Source: Mytilus edulis
Lineage: Eukaryota
NCBI RefSeq assembly: GCF_963676685.1
Contig: NC_092348.1
Location: 13,268,001 to 13,332,000 of the forward strand
Direction of reading: 5' to 3'
DNA: 64,000 nt
The number at the start of each line of letters is the position of its first letter. The stretch's first letter is position 1. Below are positions 34,181-46,675 of the stretch, in pieces. Made by a program: the position numbers and the translations under genes. Below the pieces are notes generated by a model, which saw only the letters and a list, made by a program, of their open reading frames with translations, ran no database searches and was not told where the DNA came from.

Positions 34181-37100
34181 GGTGTACATCATTGCAGCAG
34201 TGAACAGTTTCTAAAGGAACTTAATATTATCCTCCTGCTCAATTAAATGGACTCTGACCTCCAGTTCATTGACTTAGGTTATTGTTCATATTTGGTGCAC
34301 AGATATGAAGTGACCTGTATTATAAAGAAGTGCAAAGATACATGATAAAAATTCTGGAATCCCACAAAAATTAGGTCACTTTGACCTACATCTCGTGTGT
34401 CATTGATCTTGGTTTTTCACACCTGAGATCAGTAACATAGGCCAAGGACAATCATAACAGTGATATCAAGATGTATCTAGTTATTAAAGTATGACAGTTC
34501 CCACCATATATTATAAGGCATTCTGACTTAGTTATTTTAAACTTAATGACTTTTGTACCTTTGAAGTGCCACTTCATTTTTCAGATAGAAAGTTTAATGT
34601 GTAATTGAGAAATAAGGCTAACTTACTGTTACTTTATACCAGTTTGTAGAGGAGAGCCAAGAGGCTTTTTCTTTTTTTTTACTGAATGTGATTTTTATTT
34701 TAATAAAGGCTTTTGAACCTGAGACAGAATGTCAGCTTTGCCAAAGTACAAAAAATATGTTATTTTACGACAATGAATGGTTGTTGAACCACTGTTCCCT
34801 TTAATTGCAACTCTAAGTACAACTGTTCAAATTGAAATATTTTAGATAAAATTCAACAATTTTGAACTTGATGTGGGTGAAACATATTATCATGGTCCCA
34901 AACAAAGCTTTATAAGGTCAGTGACTGTATATTGCCAACTTTTGATACTGTCAATGCATTTGGAATGCACAACTAGCACAGTTGTAGTATTAATTTTGTT
35001 CATCTTTCAAATATATATATGATCTGAATCAGTAAAAGTTCAAGGTCAGAATATTTTTGTTTATTTCAGATCAGTCATCACTTCAGTCAAAACATTTTTT
35101 TTTAAATTTAAAAATCTGTCAATTTTAGAGAAAAATATGCTGCTGAAAGTTAAATGTTCAATCTGATAAATAATATTGCATGATTTAAAAAAGAAAGTAA
35201 AGCTCAGATAGTATATTTGCAACTCTTGTCTTATTGGGAATCATATCTCATCTTATTTTTATGTTAAACATGCTTTATAATTGTATGGCATTTAATGTTA
35301 TTAACAAAATAGCAGTTATAATGTTCTGTCAAGGATTTCGTCAACAATTACTTGTATAACTACTAATAATTTCATAAAATGCTGACAATATTAAAACCTT
35401 CACTTATTTTTAGCAATTTAGTAATTCAACATTTAAAATGTGAACATTGGTGACATTCACAAATTCAGAAAGAGTATTTTTTTGTTTGTATGATTGCAGT
35501 TTAACTGTTCTGAAATATTTCTTTATTTGACTGCACAAAAATTTGCATCCATAAATAACGGTTTTGAAGTATTTACATAGCTGATTAAGTACTATATTGA
35601 CTGGTGAAAGAGAAATTGATATCTTTGAACCAGTGTATTAAAAGTGATTTGAACAGGGATAAAGATTGTTACTTAGTGTGGGGTTATAATGATAAAGTGG
35701 TATTTAATGGGCCCTTTTCTGTCAGAGAAATTATTGTATTGGTTAATGTTACAGCCAAGTTCTTACTAACGAGTTTTGTTTTTGAAAAACTGGGAAAATA
35801 CAACATCTTTTTAACCTTTGATAGTTTTCAAACAAATATTGTATAAATAGATAATAATGAAATAAATAAAACAGATAGATAAATAGATAAAAACTTCACA
35901 ACTAACATTTACTCAGACTTTAAAGGAAATTAAGAAATGTTTTATCATTCAATCTCAAACAAATATTTTTATGAATGAATAATAATGATGGAAAAACAAA
36001 TGTATAAATAAAATGAATAAATAAATATATACTTCAACTAACATTTACTCAGACTGAAAATTTGAAAGGAAATTAAGAAATGTTATGATATCATTTCTCA
36101 GACTTGTGCAATAATTAATATCCTGCTGATAATCTTTTCCATGTAGTTTCCCCTGCACGACATGTAGTTGAATAAATATCTTGTTTTTATAGATAATTTA
36201 ACCCTCATGTTGACAAAAAACTGTTTTAATTTGGCCTCCATGAACGTTATTGTGTTTTCTTTTGAACTTTGTAAATACTGCGGGATTTTCCCGTAATAAC
36301 AGAAAATTGTATTGATGCGATGCAGGTATTATTAGAATTGTCTTCATTAACTTCTAAGACCATGTTATACACGGACATATGTCAAACCATATGTGACAAT
36401 CTGTCAGCCATTGAACGCTACACCCTGTCCTCCACTGTAACAATACCATTGGATCAGTGCTGGTAACCGAGGTGTCGATAGAGTCAAGTAAATAAACCCT
36501 ATTAAAGGTATCTTGAATAAGCAGATTAACACTTGAATTGCTTGTAATTGTCGCTTGAATTGAGAAGTAATAATTTGTTGCATTGATTCAGAGGTGACAA
36601 GCTAATGATGAAATTTTGAAATATCTGACATATGGCTACAAGTTTACACAAAAGAAAGATCCATATCATTATTAAGTTGGTGCTTATGTTTGACAATTAT
36701 ATTTTTATTCTTATTCAATTACATGGTGTTTCTATGTTCATTGGAAATCAATTTAAATGTTATGATAATTATTTTCTTAACTTTTTAAGTAATATTTTTT
36801 CCCAATAAAGATAAGGAAAAAACAAGGCTATAAGAATTTAAAGAGATTAATTTGTAGTATGCATGGCAGGCCTTAATTTTTTACATTCTTAACACGTGTG
36901 ACTTATTGTCATTTTTATTTTTTTTTTCATTTTCAATAATTTACCACAATATATTGATATATATACAACATACATAAATACATATATATGTATTAAATCT
37001 TACATGATTTCCGTAGACTGAAACAGCTGTATATATTCTAATTTTGTCTACTTTGGATTTGATTATTTATAAAATAATAATGTACAGCGTGTTGCCTATA

Positions 37101-37223
37101 TATATATATATATTTAATACCATTTGATATTAAACCTACAGGATATTGTATTGTTTCCCACTTTTTGGTAGCACATGGTTTTCAGTTTAAATGGTCACTG
37201 CTGGGGTAACATTTAATGCTGTA

Positions 37224-37529
37224 TTTTTATGCCCCACCTACGATAGTAGAGGGGCATTAATTTTTCTGGTCAGTGCCTCCGTTCGTCTGTGCGTCTGTTC
37301 GTCCGTCTGTGCGTCCGTCCGTTCGCTTCAGGTTAAAGTTTTTGGTCAAGGTAGTTTTTGAAGAAGTTGAACTCTAATCAACTTGAAACTTAGTACACAT
37401 GTTCCCTATGATATGATCTTTCTAATTTTAATTCCAAATTAAAGTTTTGACCCTAATTTCAGGGTCCACTGAACATAGAAAATTATAGTGCGATTGGGAC
37501 ATCCGTGTACTTGGGACACATTCTTGTTT
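37224..37529 (+). mobile_element. Short Helentron-type MITE (HINE), copy 2
   Basis: Same structure and sequence as 31874-32161. Confidence 0.8.
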
Positions 37530-38440
37530 GGTCATTGTTTGGACAAGGTTGTTATGACATTAAGAGACAATAATCAATCTATTAAAAATTATACTTGCAA
37601 AATAAAATTTTGAATCATACCATTGAAATTAGACCCTTGTATTTGTGTTATGTGAACTCAAGATATTTTGTCTTGTTTTCCGTGTTGTTGTATTGTTGTC
37701 ACAAAGGCATATTTTTAGAATCTCCATTATTTATTATTTATTTCAAGTTTGGTTGACATAAATATGCTGGTTACAAGTTGTCATGTCAATCAAAATCTAA
37801 CATTATCAACCAACAGAACAAGTGAAAAACAACTGGCATATATATTCCTGACCAGGTAGAGGCTTCAATGGCAGAACATTTGTTTCCTCCCTTTGAAAAA
37901 TGTATCTCTTTTTTAATGTTAAAATATAGACCTGCTTAAATTCTCTAAAATTTTAAGATTTTCTTAATGTAAAATAAAAAATTGATGGTTATTTTGAAGA
38001 TATTATTTAATGGATAGAGGTTTTTATTAGTCAAATTTCTTTTGTTACTGTTGACAAAGTCAAGCATGGCTATGCCAGCTGATCACAGGCATTTTATGTA
38101 AAGATAAATTATGGAGAGAAGAGCTTATGAATTGTTCTTAATTCATTGAGTCAAACTAACCAGATGAGGTCTTACAAAAATTAATGCAACCTTTAAATAG
38201 ATTTGAATTTGTGTGACAATAACGTTTTTGTTGAAATATATTTTAGAATAATTTGTAGTCTTTCGTTCCTGAGACATCTAACTGAATTTAGACTTTAATA
38301 CTGGACATACAATGAGTGTAAATGCAGCACTCACTATATGGTATACACCTATTTGTGCATGCAACAATAAAGAAATCAGATAATGTACAGCCGGCTCTTT
38401 TAAAGTACATGTAAGCTTTTTGGCAACACGATTTACTTAA

Positions 38441-41400
38441 AGGGAAATTCCGCGATTTTTTACTTATCATCTAATTATGTTCATCTTAACATAAAAAACA
38501 CATTTGCAAAGTTTTAAATTTATATTCCTTCTAATAACGGAGAAAATCAAGTATTTGTAACTTTTTTGGTTGAATTCTCGAGTGGGTCGTGACGTATTAG
38601 CCCGATTTATTGAATTCTGGGAAAAAATAAAATCTGTTTAACTCTTATAGCTTATCGACAATATACGTAATTAAAAGCGCACAGCTGACGAATGGTCGAA
38701 GTTATAAACCACAATATAAGAATGAACGAAAGTGAATATGCATATATATACCGTTTTGTATTGATTGAATTAAACTCCTATAAAATTATCTCTAGTAAAT
38801 GTTTTTGAATAAATTTAATTAATTATTGTTGAGATTTTTTTCATAAAATATTTATTGAACATTTTTACTGATATTGAACTGAAAATATTTCAGTTCTATT
38901 TACCGTTATTGTTTTGATAATCATTTCAATGCAACTAATGTGTGAGCAGAGTGTGTATATTATTTTGTAAAGGTCACTGTATATTTCTCGGCTTGAGGTC
39001 AATTCGTTTACCTTGTAGCTATTTAGCCGCAGGTGTGAGTTCAAGCGTACACAGGTATAAATGTTGTTATTTGGAAAGGATAAATAGAAAGGATTAGAGT
39101 ATATGCTGTCATGATGTTAATACATTAAGATTAAATACACGATGAGAATAAAGATACAATAATTAAATTGTGTAAATTAATTGAAAATAAAATTCAGATT
39201 CGTAATTCCGAAAGTGTATAAAAATAAAAGGAAACAATTTTTGATTACTTTCTTAGCGGCAATTGGCGTAAAGATTCAAATATGAAGCAAAAAATAGTAG
39301 TTTTAATCTTTAATAAAAACTAAATGCAATATTACCCAATTTGATATACCATTGTACATCTGTTTGATATCATTGACTTTACCGGAATTTCTTAACTTGT
39401 ATTCAAATCTGGCTGTGTTTACATGCTAATAAAACTATTGCAATTTTAAAGTTTTTAATTGACAAAAAAATACAACATACAACATGCATAATTTTTTTTT
39501 AGTTTCTTTTTAACATTTTATTCTTACATAATTAAATTCATTTGACAATCATTTACACGAACTTTTTGTGAAAAGAATACTAATTATCTAAGCTAAGGCA
39601 TTATATCTTTTGAGGATTTTTGAGGATTTTTTTAAAAATTCTATGATAATAGTTGTGCAATGTTGAACATGATAGCCGTCATTAATCCAAATAAGTAATA
39701 CAGTAGTTGTAATAAAAGTTATACTTTAGTCATGCATTACAGATATTGACGAATTTATAATAGTTCGTTCATACATCGTTGTTCATGAAACAATCATTAT
39801 TAGTATACATGTAAGTTTCCTGACGTATAAGAGCCATTGAGGATGAGCTCCAGAGAAATCAGACTAGTTGCGTTTCGTTCGTTTGTTTGTTGGGAAAGGA
39901 GAGGAAATGCAACCGCTTGTACAGATAAACGACAGAATTACCATACAAGCATTTATAGTCAACACAATCAGAAAGAGTTCCCATCGTTAGACGGGGAATA
40001 TGAAGGCTTCCAAGAATGAACAAGTGACATGTCTAACTCTGAACAGTTAGAGAACAGACTATCGACATCGAACGCTTGTTCTTGATATTTGAAACTGTAT
40101 GCATATATATATACGTATACGTTTATGATATAGTGATGAGTTCTGACAAAAACTAAATTCCTTCATGGTTATATCTTGCCATACGTTTATATTGGTTTGT
40201 AAGGTGATTACTCAAAATCGTTATTTGAAAATCCTGTTTGTGAGATGTAGATTCATTTCAATACAGAAATTTCGTCTATATATTTCACAAGTGTATAACA
40301 CGGAGAAGCTCTGAAGGTTCATTACTCCCATTTTGTTTGGGTGTGAACCATCGATGTTTACAGCAATATCAAGGAATAAGGTGATGATGGTAGAAAGAAC
40401 TATGGGCGTCATGTGGCAAATATTACATGCATATCGGACAATGAGTTGTCAATCTGTATGAAAAGTTTTCCAATACAACCATATTATTGAGAAGGAATGT
40501 TTACATGCTATACTCTCGTACTAGTATTACAGGGTTCTTGTGGCGTTCACCTTAGACACACATCGTTTTAACGATGTTTAAAAAAAGACAGAACCAATTT
40601 AATGTCATATTTCCCTATTTTTTAAATATAACTAAAATTCTTTTATCTGACAAGAATATCCCTATTTAGCGAACAAGTAATTTATTCTTTTTTCGGTTAT
40701 TGAATACCAAGAAAGAAAATAAATCCCGAAATTAATTTGAAACTTTGATACTCAAAAGTTTCCCAGCAAAATATTCACATCCCCTGGGGATAATTAGTGT
40801 TCGTCCAGTGGCATATATAACAATTGTGATGACGAACTCCTTCCTTTGTTTGAGAACAATCTTATTGAAATATAAATCTGTGATTTTCCTAGGTCCACAG
40901 CTTCAATGAACCAAAGCAAAAGTTATACATCGACCTGTATTTAAATCAAATTGGTTCTCTTCTTCTTTTGGTATACAACTGTAGTCTATCGACATTCGAT
41001 GATTACATACTGTTGGGATACGTTGGCTAGTCTATTTACAACACTTTTACCCCTATTTATTCAAAATATATGTTTTTTTCTTATGTTCAATGTATACACG
41101 TATATATTTTAAATTGCGCTATAGTTCCGTAACTTTATATCCAGTCGTATAAACGAATCGTCGGCAAGTGCGTACATTTTTTTAAATCAATATTTCTGGT
41201 CTGTTCCAATCTGTCCTTCACTATTGACAATGACTATATATTACATTTTCCCAAATTCACCCTTGGAAAAAATATTTAAATAGATTTTAATTTCATCGGG
41301 TATTATTTATATATTATGAATTATATTCTTTACACCAGAAATGTTATTTATAAACAAGCGTATGAGTTTAGTAATGACAAGTAAGACAGAGTTGTATATT

Positions 41401-42075
41401 ATACATCTGATAGTTCAAAATGGAAAGTTATAAGTTATAAGTTATCAGCCGTGTACACTGATCAATACCTGCAGAAGTGAAACGATGCATGAACTTGCAA
41501 GCCCGACAGGAAATCGCTTGAATACCTGGACGTGTCACCTCACACCCCTCACACTACCTTTGGAAGTAATACCTTTAGCCATGCTGGTGATCAGATAAGG
41601 GAAGATCAAAATATATTTGAAAAAAGTTTATTACTTTAAAGAATTATGAACAAATTAGATTTTCGAAAACAATTTTCACGGAACACTTATTTATGATTTC
41701 AACTTTGACTTTTCACCTAATTCCAATATCAACAGTTTAAAAACAACAGACCATGGTAATTAAAAAAAAAGTAAGAATATTTTCCGTATCAAGTTAGTTA
41801 GTCGTATTAAACAACCGTACGATTGACAAGATATCGACACGCAATTACGACTACATCGGTTACTGTAGTTTTGTTTCTTTGTGGTTTATAGACATATCGT
41901 TTTTATTCATCGGGAAAGAAGACAAGATGGCGGATCTCGGAGAATTGATACTCTAAATTTAAAATCGATGGTGATCGCTTATCTAGCGGAATAAAACTTT
42001 AATATCTATGAATTTGAACATTTTTATACAGAATGAACATAATATCAATTTTTGATTTTTTTGCGAAGTTTCCCT
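38441..42075. mobile_element. Kolobok-type DNA transposon, defective (3.6 kb)
   Basis: TTAA TSD (38437-38440 and 42076-42079) with TIRs AGGGAAATTCCGC / GCGAAGTTTCCCT (RR start). The interior is CpG-richer than the flanks and carries a KolX-like remnant. Confidence 0.8.
39733..40019 (+). pseudogene. Frameshifted remnant of a KolX / P2X7 ballast-like zinc-binding domain
   Basis: Pieces in shifting frames: CITDIDEFIIV...VHETIII; REIRLVAFRSFVCW; NDRITIQAFIVNTIRK; EFPSLDGEYEGFQE*. These match the CIT..F..VC / R..AYR.F..W / R..IPSC.V..IR..FP...G.Y.GF pattern of this domain. Confidence 0.65.
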
Positions 42076-42569
42076 TTAAGAATCAGTGAATTATTAACTC
42101 AGTTTTGAAATGTCTAAAGTGACATAGAAAGTTTTGATTTAGAGTTATAATACTGGGTGTAAAATTAATATCAGATCTTTGTTTCTGATGTTACAAATTT
42201 TATAAACTTGGGGAGTATTATGATTGACATATTGTTGAAGACTATGTGGTCTTCTAGATGTTGGTTTGTTAAATTTAATAGCTTGTTGACAAATATACCT
42301 CACATCTCCTTTTAGAAATTTGGAGTTAAAAAAATAATCATTTTTTTCTATCCATAAATATGGCTAATACATTGATTCTCTTGTAAACTTCTTTAAGTTT
42401 ACAGAAAACTTCTTTTGTTTGCAAATAAACTTGTGTCATGGATGCTTAAATAGGAATAAAAATCAAACAAATTACCACACTCCACCCCCTTGTCAGAAAT
42501 AGAAATCTGCAGGAATTAAAATTCAGTAACCAAATATAAAAGATTAAAAGATACTGATGACACTTCTTT

Positions 42570-42717
42570 CACCTGATCAAACTATTACATAGTGTTAACT
42601 GATCAATACCTTCTTATTATTACACCTGACCTAATGTATTTACACCTGTCTCACAGATTATCATATTGATACACCTGGAGAGTCATACCTGGCCAAGATC
42701 AAAGAGAATTTCACCTG
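42570..42717. promoter_or_regulatory. Homotypic cluster of five CACCTG E-boxes (candidate enhancer)
   Basis: CACCTG at 42570, 42623, 42643, 42672 and 42712, all in the same orientation, in non-tandem sequence. Confidence 0.45.
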
Positions 42718-42868
42718 GTTGACTTTAAAATATGTTTAAAGGTAATAAACTGTACATTAAATCAGACTATAGAAATAGTTTGTTAAGTGATAATGTGTAT
42801 TATGATAACTGTAACTAATTGATGGAAAGCTGTAAAAATAATTTATTCATCACTTATAAAATTGTAAA

Positions 42869-43025
42869 AGATTTGAGGGTAGAAATTTATTGTAATCTAG
42901 CAAGATTACAATATATGTACAAATATTTTGTTCTGTTTATTAAGTTTTATTGTTACAGATTTAAGGGTAGAAATTTAGTAATTTAGCAAGATTACGACTT
43001 GTTCTAATATTTTGTTCTGTTTCTA
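42869..43025. repeat. ~88-bp tandem duplication
   Basis: AGATTT(G/A)AGGGTAGAAATTTA...TAGCAAGATTAC...AATATTTTGTTCTGTTT occurs twice. Confidence 0.75.
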
Positions 43026-45924
43026 ATTTTATTTATAAAACAATATATCTTTGATATTGTCACAATTTCTTCAGATCGTATACAGAAATAAAACAGAATA
43101 CTGTGAGGACAATTATAAAATCCAGATCACCATTTCTGTATTTGGAAATATAGATTTAATTAAGGGCAGAGTGAGTATGTTTGTTCATTCCAAAGACCAG
43201 GAAGAATAAAGTTGAATAAGGTCGTATTTCAAGTGCAGAAAGGACAAAACATTGCAAATAGGTTGTTCTTTGTAAGAATGAAAAAGCAATCGAATGACAG
43301 AAAAAAACAATATTTGACATCTGATATTGAAAACTAATAATTTCCGACATTGTACATTTTAACAAAGCAAAACAAATATAATTCTGTTAACCTTCCCTCT
43401 ATCTCATTGACCAAGAGAACCTTTTAATATTTGTATCAAACAAAAAATAACAAAGTTTTATATGACTTTATTCCAAAATTTATTAATTACAATACCAGTA
43501 TCCAGATGATACCAGACTTGTTATTAAATCAGGGAGATTTTTTTTTAGAGAAAACTGTAATTAATCAATGAACTAATTCCACAGATAGGAAAACATCTGG
43601 ATGGAGTCTGGCCTGATATTTGACAAAATTGGAGAAAAGCTGATTTTCTTTGGCTATCTTAACTTTGCAGTCTATGTAAGGACTTCATAAAGAATGATAA
43701 GACAGTATAGAATTTAATTACATACCTTGGAAGAAAAGTATCAGTTTAAACATGGTACCAAGTGATAATGTTAAAACACTATAGAAATGTCTTCTCTGTA
43801 AGGCATTGATAACTCTCCTTGACTTAAAACAAAGAGGATCCTGATGGTAGGACAACAATGTTCATTCAAAATTCATAATTGACATTGATGAATAAATGTC
43901 CTCGGTCATTTATCCAAAGTATCTGTAGAAGTAAGAACTATTGAAATAGATATTAAAAAACCAAAGAAATATATCTGGTTTACGATGAAATTGTTGTCTC
44001 CATTACAAAATCTTGACTAAAATTGGAGACTCAGATATTTTAAATGATTTACTACTGGACTTGAAGCAAACAACAATCGTTCTCAGCTTGTATACTTTAA
44101 AATTAAAAGATAATTTTTAAAAGTGGAAATATTAGTAAAAACAGTAAAGAGATATACATATACATGTAGTTATCTGCGTAGTACTTATAATTGAAATGAA
44201 TATTTAAAAAAAAATCAGAAATGATAAATCTAGTTTAAAATAAATTCATTGTCTCTATAACAAAATCTTGATTAAAATCAGACTGATTATCTTGCGTGAT
44301 TATTACTGAAAACAAATAACAATCAATCTATCTTGTATGATTTAAAATTGAAAGATTTTTTTTTCAAAGTGGAAATCAGTACTACACGTAGAGATAAAAT
44401 TTGCATTTTAAGAAAGACTTGAATACAATATAGTATGGTCCTGTTATATACCTGAGATACTTTATATAATATTTCAATTAGGAAAACAATTAAATGTAAG
44501 TGATATAAAACACAGACTTTCAATTAATAATTTAAAGGTAATTAATAGTATTTATTTTCGATTGAAATTGATTTAAAATTGGGAAATTATCATTTCAATA
44601 TTTTTTTTCAAATGGCAGGTTCCCAAGCTTATGATCAATTGCAGGTTTTGCAATATTTCCAAATTAAAACACAATACAATATATTTTGAAATAGAATTAT
44701 TGAACCAAAATCAATTTTGGAACAGAGTGAGATTTCTCAGTCCTGTTCCATTCCCAAGAAAAAAAGTTTTGGTCAATTTTTTGCCTGCTCCTTCCAATAA
44801 AACAATGATTTTGCCAGAGCTAATATTTGATCTAATATAGAATTCAGCATACAGTATTATTGGGCCATCTGCTGTTTGTCAAATTATTTCTCATATTTAT
44901 AAATTATGGAACAAAAATGTCTTTGTAGTTTATTAAGCATGCAGACTCCAGACAATACAGACAGTTTATCGGAAACAGGTATATATAAGATTTTCTTTTA
45001 ATTGACTTGACCTTTAACTTTTTCTTTAATATTATTATTATATAACTTATAATAAGACTTTTCATTTTAATTTTTCATATTTTTTTTGTCAAAAGTTGTT
45101 TTATTTTAGAGTTCCAGACACATGACTCGTAATTTTAAGGGCTCACTAAATTAAAAAACATTGAATTAAAAGCTACCTTTTTTGTACTGGATTTTTTTTC
45201 TGCATCAAGGAATGATATACAAGAGTTTCAGATTTTACCGTTTGTAGGCCAAAATAATGACATCATGAAAAAAGCAGCAGTGATAAAAAAAAATTGTAAT
45301 AATGCTGTTTCGTTGGTTTTGATATAATCCACTAGAAAATTTTTGATATTTTCACAAATAAAACTCAGTCAAATTGCTGTTTTAAGACAAATATGGGACA
45401 ATATAACTACTGGTAGACAGAAACAAAATAACTTGATAACTTTTGAAATTTTCTGAATATTTGTGTAAATTAGTATTGAAAATGTGAATAAATGACGAAT
45501 ACATCATTATAAAAAGAGCTAATAGAAAGCTGTTTCCGTTTCATAGAGTTGTAATAATAGAGTTATTGAATATAAAATACACACTAGGCAGCTTTATGAT
45601 GAAAATATCTATACAATACTATTCTATTTGAATAAATAATTGTTCTATTTTAGTAAGAATCATAATATAATTAGCTATTATAGGACAAAAGACCTCTTTT
45701 ATACCTTATCTTTGACATCTAAAAATATACCATATATCTCAGTGTGGTTCTCCTTTTATTCATATATACATGTATAACTTTTGTAAATTTGTTCTTAGAT
45801 ATACTCCTGTTGTTAGTACAATGTACTCGTAATCTGTTGTGATATTACCTGTTAAATTCATCTGGTAGGTAATTTTTCTTCCTTGTATGTACAGTAATCT
45901 GTATCTGACCTGAAAGCCACATTT

Positions 45925-46675
45925 GAAATCTTGTATGTGCTAATTGTCTCACTTTTCAGGAACTTGTATGTTCTTTCAGTGTGTCCCACAATCCCTGAAC
46001 TTGTATGTACCAAGTGTTCCATGATCCCTCAGAATTTGTATATTCTGTGTTTTCCACAATCCCTGAATTTCTAAGTTCTGTGTGTCCACAATCCCTAAAC
46101 TTAAATGTTCTGTGTGTCCCACGATTCCTGAACTTGTATGTTCAGTGTGTCCCACAATCCCTGAACCTGTATGTGCTTAGTGTCCCATGATCCCTGAACT
46201 TGTATGCTCTGTGTGTCCCATGATCCATGAACCTGTATGTGCTTGGTGTCCCATAATCCCTGTACTTGTATGTTCTATGTGTCCCACAATCCCTGAACCT
46301 GTATGTGCTTACTGTCCCATGACCCCTGAACTTGTATGTTCTGTGTGTCCTATGGTCGCTGAACTTGTATGTTCTGTGTTTCCCACTTTCCCTGAACCTT
46401 TTTGTTCTGTGTGTTCCATGATCCCTGAACTTGTATGTTCTGCGGTGTGTCCCACGATTCCTGAAATTGTATGTTCTGTGTTTCCCATGATGATGATGAT
46501 CCCTGAATTTGTATATACTGAATGTGCTCCATAATCCCTGAGCTTGAATGTTCCAAGTTTATCACGAACCATGAACATGTATGTGCAGAGTGTCCCGCCA
46601 TCTCTGAACTTATATGTACTGTGTGTCCCCCAATCTCAGAATTGTGAATTTATCAAGTGTCCCTGTACTTGTATA
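45925..46675. repeat. 33-bp minisatellite, about 22 copies
   Basis: Unit TCCCTGAACTTGTATGTTCTGTGTGTCCCA(CAA/TGA). Confidence 0.92.

Noticed and set aside
40050-41200. Possible transposase remnant inside the Kolobok-type element
   Set aside because: Manual translation of parts of this region gave no recognisable DDE or THAP motifs; a profile search is needed.
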